Source of the DNA: Bacteroidales bacterium
Lineage (GTDB): Bacteria; Bacteroidota; Bacteroidia; Bacteroidales; UBA1715
Direction: 5' to 3'
Assembly: GCA_045615765.1 (NCBI GenBank)
Contig: JAZLFM010000028.1
Span: 7,728 to 71,727, forward strand
DNA: 64,000 nucleotides
Made by a program: the position numbers and the translations under genes. The notes under the pieces were generated by a model, which had not been told where the DNA came from, made no database searches, and saw nothing but the letters and a program-made list of their open reading frames with translations. Positions 1-10,239 of this stretch are shown here, piece by piece (the stretch's first letter is position 1; the number at the start of each line of letters is the position of its first letter).

Positions 1-128
1 CCTTCCGGTTGAACAAAATATTCAGCTGTCGAAGATAATTTTTCATAACCATAAGTCGGTTTTACTTGAGCCGACTGTAAATCGCTTAAAATAGCATTTC
101 GATTTGCATCTGAATCAGGACTATACAT
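1..128 (-). CDS. Partial CDS running off the left edge, possibly LUD/LutC-like protein
   Basis: ATG at 128 overlaps the ftsH stop; frame [21 protein letters not shown]... is open to the window edge; R-x-x-IL N-terminus and position after ftsH resemble Bacteroidota LUD-domain genes. Confidence 0.45.
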   Translation of the reverse strand, partial: MYSPDSDANRNAILSDLQSAQVKPTYGYEKLSSTAEYFVQPE

Positions 129-2073
129 GTTCCTCTGTTTTATCTATTGTTGATTGTTCTCCAAATGGACGTTTTCCGAATATTTTTTCCAAATCATCAC
201 TAAAAATAACCTCTCGGTCCAAAAGCAATTCAGCTAAACGAACAAAGCCATCGTGATTTTTAGTTAAAATATCGTATGCTCGTTGATATGATTTACGAAT
301 AATTTCTTGAGCTTCAACATCTATTAGTTTCTCCATTTCGCTACCATACGGTTTTGCAAAAGAATACTCAGATTGTCCAGTTGAATCATAAAAACTAAGA
401 TTACCTATTTTGTCGCTCATACCATAGTATGACACCATTGCATAAGCTTGCTTAGTTACTTTCTCCAAATCATTCAACGCACCGGTAGAAATTTTTCCAA
501 ATGTAATTTGCTCAGCAACACGTCCTCCTAATGTTGCACAAAGTTCATCAAGAATTTGTTCTTTTGTTACAATCTGACGCTCTTCTGGCAAATACCAAGC
601 TGCTCCCAATGCACGTCCACGAGGAATTATCGTAACCTTAATTAAAGGATGTGCATATTCCAAGAACCAACTTAGCGTAGCATGACCAGCTTCATGGAAA
701 GCAATTGTTCTCTTTTCGTCTGTAGTCATTATTTTGTTGCGTTTTTCCAAACCGCCAACAATTCTATCAATTGCATCAAGGAAATCTTGCTTTTCTACTT
801 GTTTTTTATTCTTACGAGCTGCGATTAAAGCTGCTTCGTTACAAACATTTGCAATATCCGCACCAGAGAAACCTGGAGTTTGTTTTGCAAGAAATGGTGC
901 TTCAATTTCACTCGACAATTTCAATGGTTTCAAATGAACATTGAAGATAGCTTCACGCTCTGTTAAATCAGGTAATTCAACATTGATTTGTCTATCAAAA
1001 CGACCTGCACGTAACAAAGCTTTATCAAGAATTTCGGCACGGTTGGTTGCAGCAAGTACGATTACACCCGAATCAGTACCAAAACCATCCATTTCCGTCA
1101 ACAATTGATTCAACGTACTTTCACGCTCATCATTTGAATTAAATCCATTCTTTCCGCGAGCTCGACCGATAGCATCAATTTCATCAATAAAAATAATACA
1201 TGGAGCTTTCGCTTTAGCTTCCTTAAATAAATCGCGAACACGAGCGGCACCAACACCGACAAACATTTCCACAAAATCAGAACCTGCCAAAGAGAAAAAA
1301 GGCACGCCTGCTTCACCTGCGACAGCTTTTGCAAGTAATGTTTTACCTGTTCCCGGAGGGCCTACTAACAAGGCTCCTTTTGGAATTTTACCTCCTAAAT
1401 CAGTATATTTTTTAGGATTCTTAAGGAAGTCAACTATCTCACGAATTTCTACCTTAGCTTCTTCCAAACCTGCAACATCCTTAAAGGTAGTTTTTACTTT
1501 ATCCTCATTTTCAAACAATTTTGCGCGAGATTTCCCAATATTAAACAAACCACCGCCGGAACCACCACCAGAACCGCCACCCATACGGTTCATCATAAAC
1601 ATCCAAAATACCACAAGCAAGACTAACGGTAAAATCCAACTGATAATTTCACCAATATAATTGTGCTTTGTCTGGTACTCAATGTCAACATTTGAATGTT
1701 CTAATTTTTTTTCAAAAGATTCAATAGAACCAATGGTCATGGTGTAATCAGGAGACACTGTACTTCGTCCAGTGCTACTTGCATTTAAATAGATTTCAGC
1801 ATAGTCTTTGTTGATTACAACAATTTTCTTTATCTCGCCGTTTTGTAATTTTGTTGCAAATTCACTCGAAGTAATCTTCTTTCCCGAGCCACCAAAATCC
1901 ATAAAACTAAAAATGGCAAATGCTGCCAATAAAGCAACATACACCCACATAAAGTTCCCTCCATTTTTCTTCGGACTTTTAAAGTTCTTAAAATCCTTAA
2001 AGTCGTTGAAATTAGGACCTTTATTTTCTTTCTTTTCTTTTTCTTGTTCAGTGTTTTTCTTTTCTTCTGCCAT
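121..2073 (-). CDS. ftsH: ATP-dependent zinc metalloprotease FtsH
   Basis: Two TM helices, Walker A GPPGTGKT, Walker [17 protein letters not shown]...RAGRFDR, HEAGH zinc motif. Confidence 0.98.
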   Translation of the reverse strand: MAEEKKNTEQEKEKKENKGPNFNDFKDFKNFKSPKKNGGNFMWVYVALLAAFAIFSFMDFGGSGKKITSSEFATKLQNGEIKKIVVINKDYAEIYLNASSTGRSTVSPDYTMTIGSIESFEKKLEHSNVDIEYQTKHNYIGEIISWILPLVLLVVFWMFMMNRMGGGSGGGSGGGLFNIGKSRAKLFENEDKVKTTFKDVAGLEEAKVEIREIVDFLKNPKKYTDLGGKIPKGALLVGPPGTGKTLLAKAVAGEAGVPFFSLAGSDFVEMFVGVGAARVRDLFKEAKAKAPCIIFIDEIDAIGRARGKNGFNSNDERESTLNQLLTEMDGFGTDSGVIVLAATNRAEILDKALLRAGRFDRQINVELPDLTEREAIFNVHLKPLKLSSEIEAPFLAKQTPGFSGADIANVCNEAALIAARKNKKQVEKQDFLDAIDRIVGGLEKRNKIMTTDEKRTIAFHEAGHATLSWFLEYAHPLIKVTIIPRGRALGAAWYLPEERQIVTKEQILDELCATLGGRVAEQITFGKISTGALNDLEKVTKQAYAMVSYYGMSDKIGNLSFYDSTGQSEYSFAKPYGSEMEKLIDVEAQEIIRKSYQRAYDILTKNHDGFVRLAELLLDREVIFSDDLEKIFGKRPFGEQSTIDKTEEHV

Positions 2074-2077
2074 AAAT

Positions 2078-2443
2078 TTATTCTTCGTTAGGGTATTCTT
2101 TCTTTACACAATCCGCCCACAACTCCTCTAACTTGTAGAATTCTCGTATATGCGGTTGGAATACATGAACAATAACATCTCCATAATCTAAAAAGATCCA
2201 TTCTGCATTCTCATACCCCGCTGTTCCCCAAGGCTTCTCGCCTGCATTCTTCCGTACATAATCTTCAACAGAATCTGCAATTGCGTCTACATGCGTAGAG
2301 GAATCTCCTTCGCACACCACAAAGTAACGACAAATTGCATTATCTATTTTTTTAAAGTCTAAAGAAAGTATATTTTTTCCTTTTTTTTCTCTAATTCCTT
2401 CAACGATGACTTTCACCAACTGTGTGGCTGTTACTTTCGCCAT
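2078..2443 (-). CDS. rsfS: Ribosome silencing factor RsfS
   Basis: EKKG start, WIFLDYGDVIVHVF...REFYKLEELW motif; adjacent to ftsH as usual in Bacteroidota. Confidence 0.95.
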   Translation of the reverse strand: MAKVTATQLVKVIVEGIREKKGKNILSLDFKKIDNAICRYFVVCEGDSSTHVDAIADSVEDYVRKNAGEKPWGTAGYENAEWIFLDYGDVIVHVFQPHIREFYKLEELWADCVKKEYPNEE

Positions 2444-2446
2444 AAA

Positions 2447-3766
2447 TTACAAGCTAAAATATTTACAATTTTTAAATGTGTTTCTATAAACTCCTTTTAT
2501 GTCATAGAAAATGAATGGTTCATTCGACAACGATCTAAAGTAGTCTTCGGACAAGTTACAGTATTGTGTATGTTTTGTTGCCAAAACAATTACGTCGTAT
2601 TTTCCCTCGGCTTTTTCAGACAACGGGAATTGATATTGTCGATCAACATCTTCTTTTGACGCATACGGATCAAGAAGAGTTACATCTATGCTAAACGAGC
2701 GTAGAGCTGAAATTACCTCAAATATTTTTGAATTTCGAACATCACTCACATTTTCCTTGAATGTTGCACCAAGTACTAATACACGAGAATCTTTCAAGAC
2801 TTTACCAGCAGCATTTATGTCTTTAATGATAAGGTTTGCGATATAGTTTGGCATACCATCATTAATTTCACGTCCCGCTGTAATCAATTTCGTGAAATGC
2901 TTTAATGTACTTGCTTTGTAAGTAAGATAATAAGGATCGACTCCTATACAATGTCCACCGACAAGTCCAGGAGTTACTTTATAGAAATTCCATTTTGTCG
3001 ATGCAGCTTCTATCACTTCATTTGTGTCTATGCCCATTTTTTTGAACAACATTGACAATTCGTTCATCAAAGCAATATTCACATCACGTTGTGTGTTTTC
3101 GATAATTTTTGCTGCTTCGGCAACTCGTATTGAACTAGCCTTAAACAAACCTTTTTTCAAAATCGAGCCATACACACTAGCAATTGTCTCCAAAGCCTCG
3201 CTATCGCAACCAGAAACGATTTTTTGAATATTTGTCAATGTTTTTTCTTTATCACCAGGATTGATACGTTCAGGAGAATAACCCAATTTAAAATCCTTAC
3301 CAGCCTTCAAGCCCGACAATCGTTCCAAAATAGGAAGACAATCTTCTTCTGTCGCACCTGGATACACCGTTGATTCATAAACGACATAATCACCTTTCTT
3401 CAATGCTTTTCCGACAGTCTCTGTAGCCGAAAGCAAAGGCTTTAAATCTGGAACATTATGTGTATCGATTGGCGTAGGGACAGCAACAATAAAGAAATTC
3501 GCCTGCTTCAAATCTTCTGGATTTGACGAAAATACAATATCGCAACCATCAAAAGCTTCTTTGTCTAATTCTTCACTTGGATCTATATGAGAATTCATTA
3601 ACGCTACACGACTTGCATTCACATCAAAACCTATAGCAGAAAATTTTTTTGAAAATTCTAGTGCTAAAGGCAATCCAACATACCCAAGTCCAATGACTGC
3701 GATTTTTTTATTTTTGGCTAGTAAATCTTCAATCATACGCGAAATGATTTTATAAGTTTGTAACAT
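2447..3766 (-). CDS. Nucleotide-sugar dehydrogenase (UDP-GlcNAc/GalNAc dehydrogenase, WbpO/TviB-like)
   Basis: GLGYVG Rossmann motif, YESTVYPG, SPERINPG, GGHCIGVDP catalytic Cys; start may be Met at 3736. Confidence 0.9.
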   Translation of the reverse strand: MLQTYKIISRMIEDLLAKNKKIAVIGLGYVGLPLALEFSKKFSAIGFDVNASRVALMNSHIDPSEELDKEAFDGCDIVFSSNPEDLKQANFFIVAVPTPIDTHNVPDLKPLLSATETVGKALKKGDYVVYESTVYPGATEEDCLPILERLSGLKAGKDFKLGYSPERINPGDKEKTLTNIQKIVSGCDSEALETIASVYGSILKKGLFKASSIRVAEAAKIIENTQRDVNIALMNELSMLFKKMGIDTNEVIEAASTKWNFYKVTPGLVGGHCIGVDPYYLTYKASTLKHFTKLITAGREINDGMPNYIANLIIKDINAAGKVLKDSRVLVLGATFKENVSDVRNSKIFEVISALRSFSIDVTLLDPYASKEDVDRQYQFPLSEKAEGKYDVIVLATKHTQYCNLSEDYFRSLSNEPFIFYDIKGVYRNTFKNCKYFSL

Positions 3767-3789
3767 TTACAAAAATAAAACATTTTTCA

Positions 3790-4989
3790 TCAAAAATCCT
3801 TATACAAAAGGTATTTTTGACGCATTTCCGTAAATTTTTTCAAACCATCTTGCCAACCAGCACGTATTTTTTCTGCAGACTCATCAGATTCTATAGATTT
3901 CTGTAGATCTTTTGTGCCAGCCAATTTGGTAAAAAAGCTATTAAAAAATGGTTTTTGTCCACTATAATTCGCATAAATATCTTTCCAAATTTGAATATTC
4001 AAGCAGCCTTCTTTTTGGGCGTCAACGTCTCTATAATCACGACCGTAACATGTTTCATTCACAAATTTCGGTTTACTTGCACCTTCCTTACTTCGAGGCA
4101 CAAAAGAAAATGTTGTATCTGCAAAAGAAGGACTTCCTATAACTTGGAATGGGAAATCCGTTCCACGACCACAACTCATATCTGTACCTTCAAACAAACA
4201 AAGTGTTGGATACAAATAAATAGCTTGCATAGTTGACAAGTTTGGTGATGGAGCAACTGGTAATTCATATCGTTTCGAATGATCATACCCCTCACATTCA
4301 ACCACAAACAACTTACATTGAACGCCATTTTCCAACCATCGTTCACCATTTATCATACTTGCATATTCTCCAATTGTCATTCCATGTACAATTGGCACTG
4401 GATGCATACCAACAAACGATTTGTTTTCCATTTGCAAAATAGGTCCATCTACATAAAATCCATTTGGATTTGGACGATCAAGAACAATCATTGGAATATA
4501 CTGTTCTGCACAAGCTTCCATCACATAATGCATAGTTGAAATATATGTATAAAAACGCGCACCAACATCTTGAATATCAAACACAACAATGTCAATACCA
4601 CGTAAATCTTCCACTGTTGGTTTTTTGTTTGATCCATATAACGAAACCAATGGCAAGCCTGTCACATTATCAACACCATGGGCAATATGCGCACCTGCAT
4701 CTGCCGTACCACGAAATCCATGTTCTGGAGTTAAAATTTTTGTAACTGATATTCCCAGACGCAATAATGTATCAACTAAATGAGTGCCATTTACTTGCGA
4801 AGTCTGATTGCCAACAATAGCAACTTTTTTATCTTTCAACAACGGAACATACAAATTCATTCGTTCCGCACCAACGACTATATTTTCTTTTGATTCTTTA
4901 GCTGTTTCCGTTTTTCTTTTTGATTGCGAATAGCAAGAGTTTGCAAAAAAGAGTATAAACAGCAATAAATAGTGTAGTTTTCTCATCAT
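3790..4989 (-). CDS. Exo-beta-N-acetylmuramidase NamZ family (DUF1343)
   Basis: Signal peptide; PEHGFRG, FDIQDVGARFYTY, LDRPNP, HGMTIGE, GRGTDFPF motifs. Confidence 0.9.
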   Translation of the reverse strand: MMRKLHYLLLFILFFANSCYSQSKRKTETAKESKENIVVGAERMNLYVPLLKDKKVAIVGNQTSQVNGTHLVDTLLRLGISVTKILTPEHGFRGTADAGAHIAHGVDNVTGLPLVSLYGSNKKPTVEDLRGIDIVVFDIQDVGARFYTYISTMHYVMEACAEQYIPMIVLDRPNPNGFYVDGPILQMENKSFVGMHPVPIVHGMTIGEYASMINGERWLENGVQCKLFVVECEGYDHSKRYELPVAPSPNLSTMQAIYLYPTLCLFEGTDMSCGRGTDFPFQVIGSPSFADTTFSFVPRSKEGASKPKFVNETCYGRDYRDVDAQKEGCLNIQIWKDIYANYSGQKPFFNSFFTKLAGTKDLQKSIESDESAEKIRAGWQDGLKKFTEMRQKYLLYKDF

Positions 4990-5008
4990 TTAACTATCTT
5001 TGTCCGAT

Positions 5009-6262
5009 ATGAATACTGAATTATACATAGCGAGACATATTTTACCACGCGAAAATACGACAAATATTTCGAAGTCAATCGTAAATATTGCAATAATTGC
5101 CATAGCATTAGGCTTGGCTGTTATGATTATCGCTGTCTCTGTTATTGTAGGATTTAAGTCAACTATTTCGGAACAGATTTTTGGTTTTTCTTCACATATC
5201 GAAATTGTCAATTTTGACAACAATAGTTCATACGAAACCCTTCCCATACAAAAAGATCCAACTCTTATTTCTAATTTGAAAAAAGAAAAAAATGTAACTG
5301 CCGTACAAGTTTATGCTACAAAACCAGGATTAATAAAAGTAAACAATACCGCTCGTGGAATTATCGTCAAAGGTATAGACACGACATACAATTGGAGTTT
5401 TATACAAAATCATTTAATTGATGGCGAAACACTTACATTTCCTTCCGATACAACCACAGACAATGTTGTTATTTCAAAAACACTAGCAGATTTGCTCGGT
5501 TTATCTTTACACGATAAATTCACCACTTCGTTCGTTCCTAACGATGCCAACAAAAAGGTAAGGAAACGTAGTTTCATCGTTTCTGGCATATACGAAACCC
5601 ACCTCAACGAAATTGACGACAGATTTATACTCGTTGATATTCGTCATATACAAGACCTAAATAATTGGAATGCGGAACAAGTGTCTGGCTATGAAGTATT
5701 TTTAAAAGACTACAAACATCTTGACGAACAAAAAGAGATCATTAACGACATTGTTGGCTATGACATTTCGCCCGATAGTCAAAAACTACATGTTGAAACA
5801 CTGCAAGAAAAAACGCCTCAAATTTTTGATTGGCTGTCTCTACTCGACATGAATGCTTGGTTAATCATAGCTTTAATGATTTTGGTAGCAGGAATGAATA
5901 TGATTACCGGCTTACTGGTCATTATATTAGAAAAAACCTCTCTAATTGGAATACTCAAATCACTCGGAGCACAAAATGCAAGCGTACGGAAAATTTTCTT
6001 ATATGTTGGTAGTATGCTAATTACCAAAGGATTATTCTGGGGGAACATTGTTGGACTACTGCTCTGCATCGTACAACAACAATTTCACATAATCACTTTA
6101 GACCCAACAATTTACTTTATGTCATACGTACCAATTGCACTCCCAATTTTTTACATACTTGCATTAAATTTAGGAACTTTTATATTGACAACGGCAATGC
6201 TTATTATTCCGTCTATGCTTATTACAAACATAAGTCCATCGGAAGCTATTCGTTTTGAATAG
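5009..6262 (+). CDS. Lipoprotein-releasing ABC transporter permease (LolC/E family)
   Basis: N-terminal TM, periplasmic MacB-like domain, C-terminal FtsX TMs with IGILKSLGA, ends SEAIRFE; start placed at MNTEL. Confidence 0.88.
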   Translation: MNTELYIARHILPRENTTNISKSIVNIAIIAIALGLAVMIIAVSVIVGFKSTISEQIFGFSSHIEIVNFDNNSSYETLPIQKDPTLISNLKKEKNVTAVQVYATKPGLIKVNNTARGIIVKGIDTTYNWSFIQNHLIDGETLTFPSDTTTDNVVISKTLADLLGLSLHDKFTTSFVPNDANKKVRKRSFIVSGIYETHLNEIDDRFILVDIRHIQDLNNWNAEQVSGYEVFLKDYKHLDEQKEIINDIVGYDISPDSQKLHVETLQEKTPQIFDWLSLLDMNAWLIIALMILVAGMNMITGLLVIILEKTSLIGILKSLGAQNASVRKIFLYVGSMLITKGLFWGNIVGLLLCIVQQQFHIITLDPTIYFMSYVPIALPIFYILALNLGTFILTTAMLIIPSMLITNISPSEAIRFE

Positions 6263-6295
6263 AAAATATTACATTTGCCAACAATTTTAGAGCAC

Positions 6296-6931
6296 ATGGA
6301 AATATACAACAATGGTCTTTTAACACCGTCGGACGGTACTTATCAAAAGATAGAAACTTTTGACGACAAGACTACAGAAAGACTTGCGGAACTTTATAAA
6401 GAAGTCCTTGAACTACTTGGTGAAGATGTCAACCGTGAAGGTTTATTAAAAACCCCATTGCGTGTTGCCAAAGCTATGCAATTCTTAACGCAAGGTTACC
6501 ACACCGACCCACGCGAGATCCTTCGTTCTGCAATGTTCAAAGAAGAATACCAACAAATGGTATTAGTAAAAGACATTGAAATTTATTCTATGTGCGAGCA
6601 TCACATGTTGCCTTTTATCGGTAAGGCACATGTAGCATATATTCCAAATGGATACATAACAGGCTTGAGCAAAATTGCACGAATTGTAGAAGTTTATGCA
6701 CGCCGCTTACAAGTACAAGAACGACTTACCGTTCAAATTCGCGATTGCATTCAAGAAACATTGAATCCACTTGGAGTTGCAGTTATTATCGAAGCACAAC
6801 ATCTTTGTATGCAAATGCGCGGTGTACAAAAACAAAACTCTTCAACTACAACCTCGGCATTTACCGGAGCATTCAACAAGAAAGAGACAAGAGAGGAATT
6901 TGTGCATTTAGTAGGTGCAAATCTTAAATAA
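6296..6931 (+). CDS. folE: GTP cyclohydrolase I
   Basis: [32 protein letters not shown]; the track start at 6275 lies inside a TACATTTG -7 box, so ATG 6296 is preferred. Confidence 0.97.
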   Translation: MEIYNNGLLTPSDGTYQKIETFDDKTTERLAELYKEVLELLGEDVNREGLLKTPLRVAKAMQFLTQGYHTDPREILRSAMFKEEYQQMVLVKDIEIYSMCEHHMLPFIGKAHVAYIPNGYITGLSKIARIVEVYARRLQVQERLTVQIRDCIQETLNPLGVAVIIEAQHLCMQMRGVQKQNSSTTTSAFTGAFNKKETREEFVHLVGANLK

Positions 6932-6937
6932 TCCAGT

Positions 6938-7390
6938 ATGAGAGCTGTTATTCAACGAGTTACGCACGCATCGGTTACAATCGAAGGCGTTGTGAAAGCA
7001 AAAATTGGGAAAGGACTATTGGTACTTTTAGGTGTTGAAGAAGCTGACACACAAGAAGATATTGATTGGTTGGCAGGAAAAATTGCAAGACTTCGTATTT
7101 TCAGCGACGAAAACGATCTAATGAATTTATCCATCGACGACATTTCCGGCGATATGATTGTCGTAAGCCAATTCACTCTTTTCGCTGCGACAAAAAAAGG
7201 AAACAGACCTTCGTATATTCGTGCTGCTCGTCCAGAAACGGCTATTCCACTGTATGAATCTTTTGTTGAAACTATTCGCAAAGAAATTAAAGGCAACGTA
7301 CAAACAGGAGAATTTGGGGCAGACATGAAAGTCGAACTACTAAACGATGGTCCGACAACCATACTAATCGACACAAAAAACAAAGAATAA
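6938..7390 (+). CDS. dtd: D-aminoacyl-tRNA deacylase
   Basis: MRAVIQRV, SQFTL, KGNRPS, FGADM, NDGP motifs. Confidence 0.97.
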   Translation: MRAVIQRVTHASVTIEGVVKAKIGKGLLVLLGVEEADTQEDIDWLAGKIARLRIFSDENDLMNLSIDDISGDMIVVSQFTLFAATKKGNRPSYIRAARPETAIPLYESFVETIRKEIKGNVQTGEFGADMKVELLNDGPTTILIDTKNKE

Positions 7391-7429
7391 CCGACAACAT
7401 TTCATATATTTGCCTAAAAAGATTTCGAA

Positions 7430-8359
7430 ATGAACAAAACGGTACACACACTTGACTTTGAGAAAATCCTACGCATCCTAAAGGATACCGAAGACAAATA
7501 TGTATTTGAGAAGGTAAATCTTATCCCTAAAGAAGACGACCTACTTGAAAAATTACAGAAGTACGTCAACTACGGACAAGTAAACCGTAAAGCTGTTTTA
7601 GGTATAGACATATACAAATATAGTTCATACGAAGAATTTGCACAGACACTAGTCCCTTGTATGTTTAAATTATTGTTTAGGGAAACTATTGATATGTGCT
7701 TTAAAAACCATGCGTTTTTATTCCAGAAATACACAAAAGTTGAGTTTGAAGAAAACTTCATCAGTACCGGTGACGGTGGTTATGTGATTTTTGACAACCC
7801 ATTACATGCACTTTTATTTGCTTGTAATTTTTCCATAGTTCTTCGTACCTATAACTCATTCCACTTATATCCAAAATTACGAAAAATTGTTGGTGGAGCC
7901 AGCGTTCGCTATGCCATCACCTACGATAAAATATACTATTTCGACAAGAGTCACTATGGTCGTGCAATCATTAACAATGCCCGTATTTTAAGCAAAGACT
8001 CTTTAAACCGATGCATTATCGACCAAAACGTATATGATTGGTTTACCTTGAACATCGATGGTATGGAAAATCTGCAATTGATTACCATAGATCAAATAGC
8101 AAACATATATGAATTCCAAGGTAGTTACGATCCACAAGTACTTGACGAACACGAAGATGCTATATTCGGCAGAACCATGTCGAGAGAATCCGGAATCATT
8201 AACTCCGATGTACTGAAAATTGGTGAAATTCACTCAAAAGAAGCCAATATTAGCGTGTACAACATTCACTTACAAATCGTAAGCAAATGGGAACGAAGCG
8301 ATACCGACCGAATGATAACAGTTAGTTTGGGCAATCTGAACACAACATCGCTAACATAA
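7430..8359 (+). CDS. Class III nucleotidyl-cyclase-like protein
   Basis: VLGIDIYKYS and STGDG resemble the two metal-binding Asp motifs of adenylate/guanylate cyclases; YGRAIINNARI resembles the G-x-x-IN-x-x-R helix. Confidence 0.6.
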   Translation: MNKTVHTLDFEKILRILKDTEDKYVFEKVNLIPKEDDLLEKLQKYVNYGQVNRKAVLGIDIYKYSSYEEFAQTLVPCMFKLLFRETIDMCFKNHAFLFQKYTKVEFEENFISTGDGGYVIFDNPLHALLFACNFSIVLRTYNSFHLYPKLRKIVGGASVRYAITYDKIYYFDKSHYGRAIINNARILSKDSLNRCIIDQNVYDWFTLNIDGMENLQLITIDQIANIYEFQGSYDPQVLDEHEDAIFGRTMSRESGIINSDVLKIGEIHSKEANISVYNIHLQIVSKWERSDTDRMITVSLGNLNTTSLT

Positions 8360-8384
8360 TTCGGTAAATTCCTTTTTCTATAAA

Positions 8385-8412
8385 AAAGCGTGAACCTTAC
8401 GGAACACGCTTT
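8385..8412. terminator. Bidirectional intrinsic terminator between convergent genes
   Basis: AAAGCGTG-aacc-ttac-ggaa-CACGCTTT inverted repeat. Confidence 0.7.
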
Positions 8413-8434
8413 ATTCGTTTAATATATATCCTTG

Positions 8435-8683
8435 TTAATATATCTTTTCGTATTCACATTTCAATTTTAGTTCATAGCAAAATTTCAAAAAATCATCAAT
8501 TTTTGTATCATCATAAAAACAATCTATTCCTGAAGTCTGAGCTGTTCTTGCCAAATTTCCATATTGTTCATTGTCTAAAACATTAAACACAGCCTGCCCC
8601 AAACGATAGTATTTTCTATTGGGATCATCTTCGACTAAAGCAAGCACTTGTTCCTTAAATTCTTCAAAACCTTCTTTATCCAT
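8435..8683 (-). CDS. Small hypothetical protein, phage-like
   Basis: 82 aa ORF at the end of the operon; RLGQAVFN...DCFYDD motif recalls small proteins of Bacteroidota phages (from memory, unverified). Confidence 0.7.
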   Translation of the reverse strand: MDKEGFEEFKEQVLALVEDDPNRKYYRLGQAVFNVLDNEQYGNLARTAQTSGIDCFYDDTKIDDFLKFCYELKLKCEYEKIY

Positions 8684-8692
8684 AATCTAATA

Positions 8693-9637
8693 TTATAACC
8701 AACCTTCCCAATTTAAAACAGTTTGATTTTCGTCCATAAAAGGACGAGCTCCATGTTTTTTAAGCAATGAAATAACTTCATCCTTTCTTCCCTGCCAGTC
8801 TGTATTATCATTCAGTTCCACGACATGTAACACGGTTGAATGTATTTGTGAATATATTTCTCCTTCGGCGGAATCGCACAAACCACAATTGTAAGCCGGA
8901 TTTGCTCCACGTTCCAACATTAAAATAACCAAGTCAGGATTGCAAGATATACATGCACTTTCCAACGGAGTTTGTCCATCAAATCCAAACAAATCAATAT
9001 CGGCTCCAAGAGACAAAAGATAATCTACGGTTTCTTCAACCAATCGTAGATTCTTATCCATTTCTTCTTTCGACATGTCACAATTGTAATAGGCGCGATC
9101 TACGCATTTTGCCAAAGCCGTATTTCCGTCTTCACCTATGGCATTTACATCTATGTTTCCACTTTCCATAAGATTTTTTACTTGTGAAAATGTCCAATCA
9201 ACACGATCTAACAAATCAATCAACGGAGTATTTCCACCCAAGTGCAAATACCTGCCATGTATCAAAGCCTGAATTTTTGTTGAAACTGCGACAAAATTAT
9301 CTCGTATGTCTTCCCAAGAATATACATGTTCTTCCTCGGTGACCTTTTGTAACAAACGCCACATTTCTTCAGTAATCTGATCATAATCATTGTGATATCG
9401 AAGCTGTCGAAATTGTGGTTCGTTTATCCAATAATGAGAGAATTTATCGCGTCCCATCAAGACATATACCTTTTTCAGAATACTCTTAGCATACGAACTA
9501 TTATCCTTTGATAGATTATTGTTTTTACACAAAATGATCGGTGCATAGGAATAGTTTGCATCTACCATAATTCTACGATGATATAAAGCGAATTCTTCTC
9601 TCGTATAAAGTTCTTCTATGTTTTTTATGTGTTTCAT
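8693..9637 (-). CDS. Ankyrin-repeat protein
   Basis: GGNTPL, DGNTAL...LLSLGADID, DGQTPL...LERGANP, LLKKHGA repeats; 4-bp overlap with the upstream gene. Confidence 0.85.
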   Translation of the reverse strand: MKHIKNIEELYTREEFALYHRRIMVDANYSYAPIILCKNNNLSKDNSSYAKSILKKVYVLMGRDKFSHYWINEPQFRQLRYHNDYDQITEEMWRLLQKVTEEEHVYSWEDIRDNFVAVSTKIQALIHGRYLHLGGNTPLIDLLDRVDWTFSQVKNLMESGNIDVNAIGEDGNTALAKCVDRAYYNCDMSKEEMDKNLRLVEETVDYLLSLGADIDLFGFDGQTPLESACISCNPDLVILMLERGANPAYNCGLCDSAEGEIYSQIHSTVLHVVELNDNTDWQGRKDEVISLLKKHGARPFMDENQTVLNWEGWL

Positions 9638-10164
9638 AGTTTATTTATAAATCGTTTCTTAAACAATGGTTCACTTTCTATTTCCTCAATTCCATTATTG
9701 AAACGCCAACGATGAGGAAATAAACATATTGCATCTATATCTAATGTCAATGCAGCTTTCAACCCACTTTCGTCTGCGCCAGATTGACCACCACTTCGGA
9801 TTTCGGTAATTTCGACCTTGAAATCGTTTATTAGTTTACGTAATACATACAAAATGACCTCATCGCAATATTGTTGGGTTAGTTTATGTTCGTGCAAACG
9901 GGCCAAGCCATTTCCAGCAATATTAAACGAATTATATTGTCGCATTTCCGGACCATATTTTTCAAGAAAATCATTCACTTTATCTATTTCCTTTATGTTG
10001 ATTGCATAATACCCTTTTTTATGCTTACGGGCGCTTTCTTCTGTCAGTCGTTCCCCTGAAGTTGTAAAATCTACTGCAAACGCAAGTGTTACGTCTGCTA
10101 ATTTTGCATTCTCCTTCGTTCTATGCGCATACGATGCATGATCGTCTTCTATAAACTGTATCAT
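9634..10164 (-). CDS. SLOG-superfamily protein (putative molybdenum-carrier/DprA-like)
   Basis: RT-x-x-NA...ADVTLAFA, FNIAGNG and IRSGGQSGADESGL motifs. Confidence 0.8.
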   Translation of the reverse strand: MIQFIEDDHASYAHRTKENAKLADVTLAFAVDFTTSGERLTEESARKHKKGYYAINIKEIDKVNDFLEKYGPEMRQYNSFNIAGNGLARLHEHKLTQQYCDEVILYVLRKLINDFKVEITEIRSGGQSGADESGLKAALTLDIDAICLFPHRWRFNNGIEEIESEPLFKKRFINKL

Positions 10165-10182
10165 TTCCTTATTCTTGTTTCA

Positions 10183-10217
10183 CAAAAATAATTTACAACT
10201 ATGCGAAATCACCGCAC
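10183..10217 (-). promoter_or_regulatory. Promoter of the SLOG operon: 20-bp palindrome-cored motif, 7-bp spacer, -7 box
   Basis: Minus strand GTGCGGTGATTTCGCATAGT-N7-TATTTTTG; identical 20-mer with identical spacing at 14612-14646. Confidence 0.75.
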
Positions 10218-10239
10218 TTTTAATTTTTTTAGAAAATAG

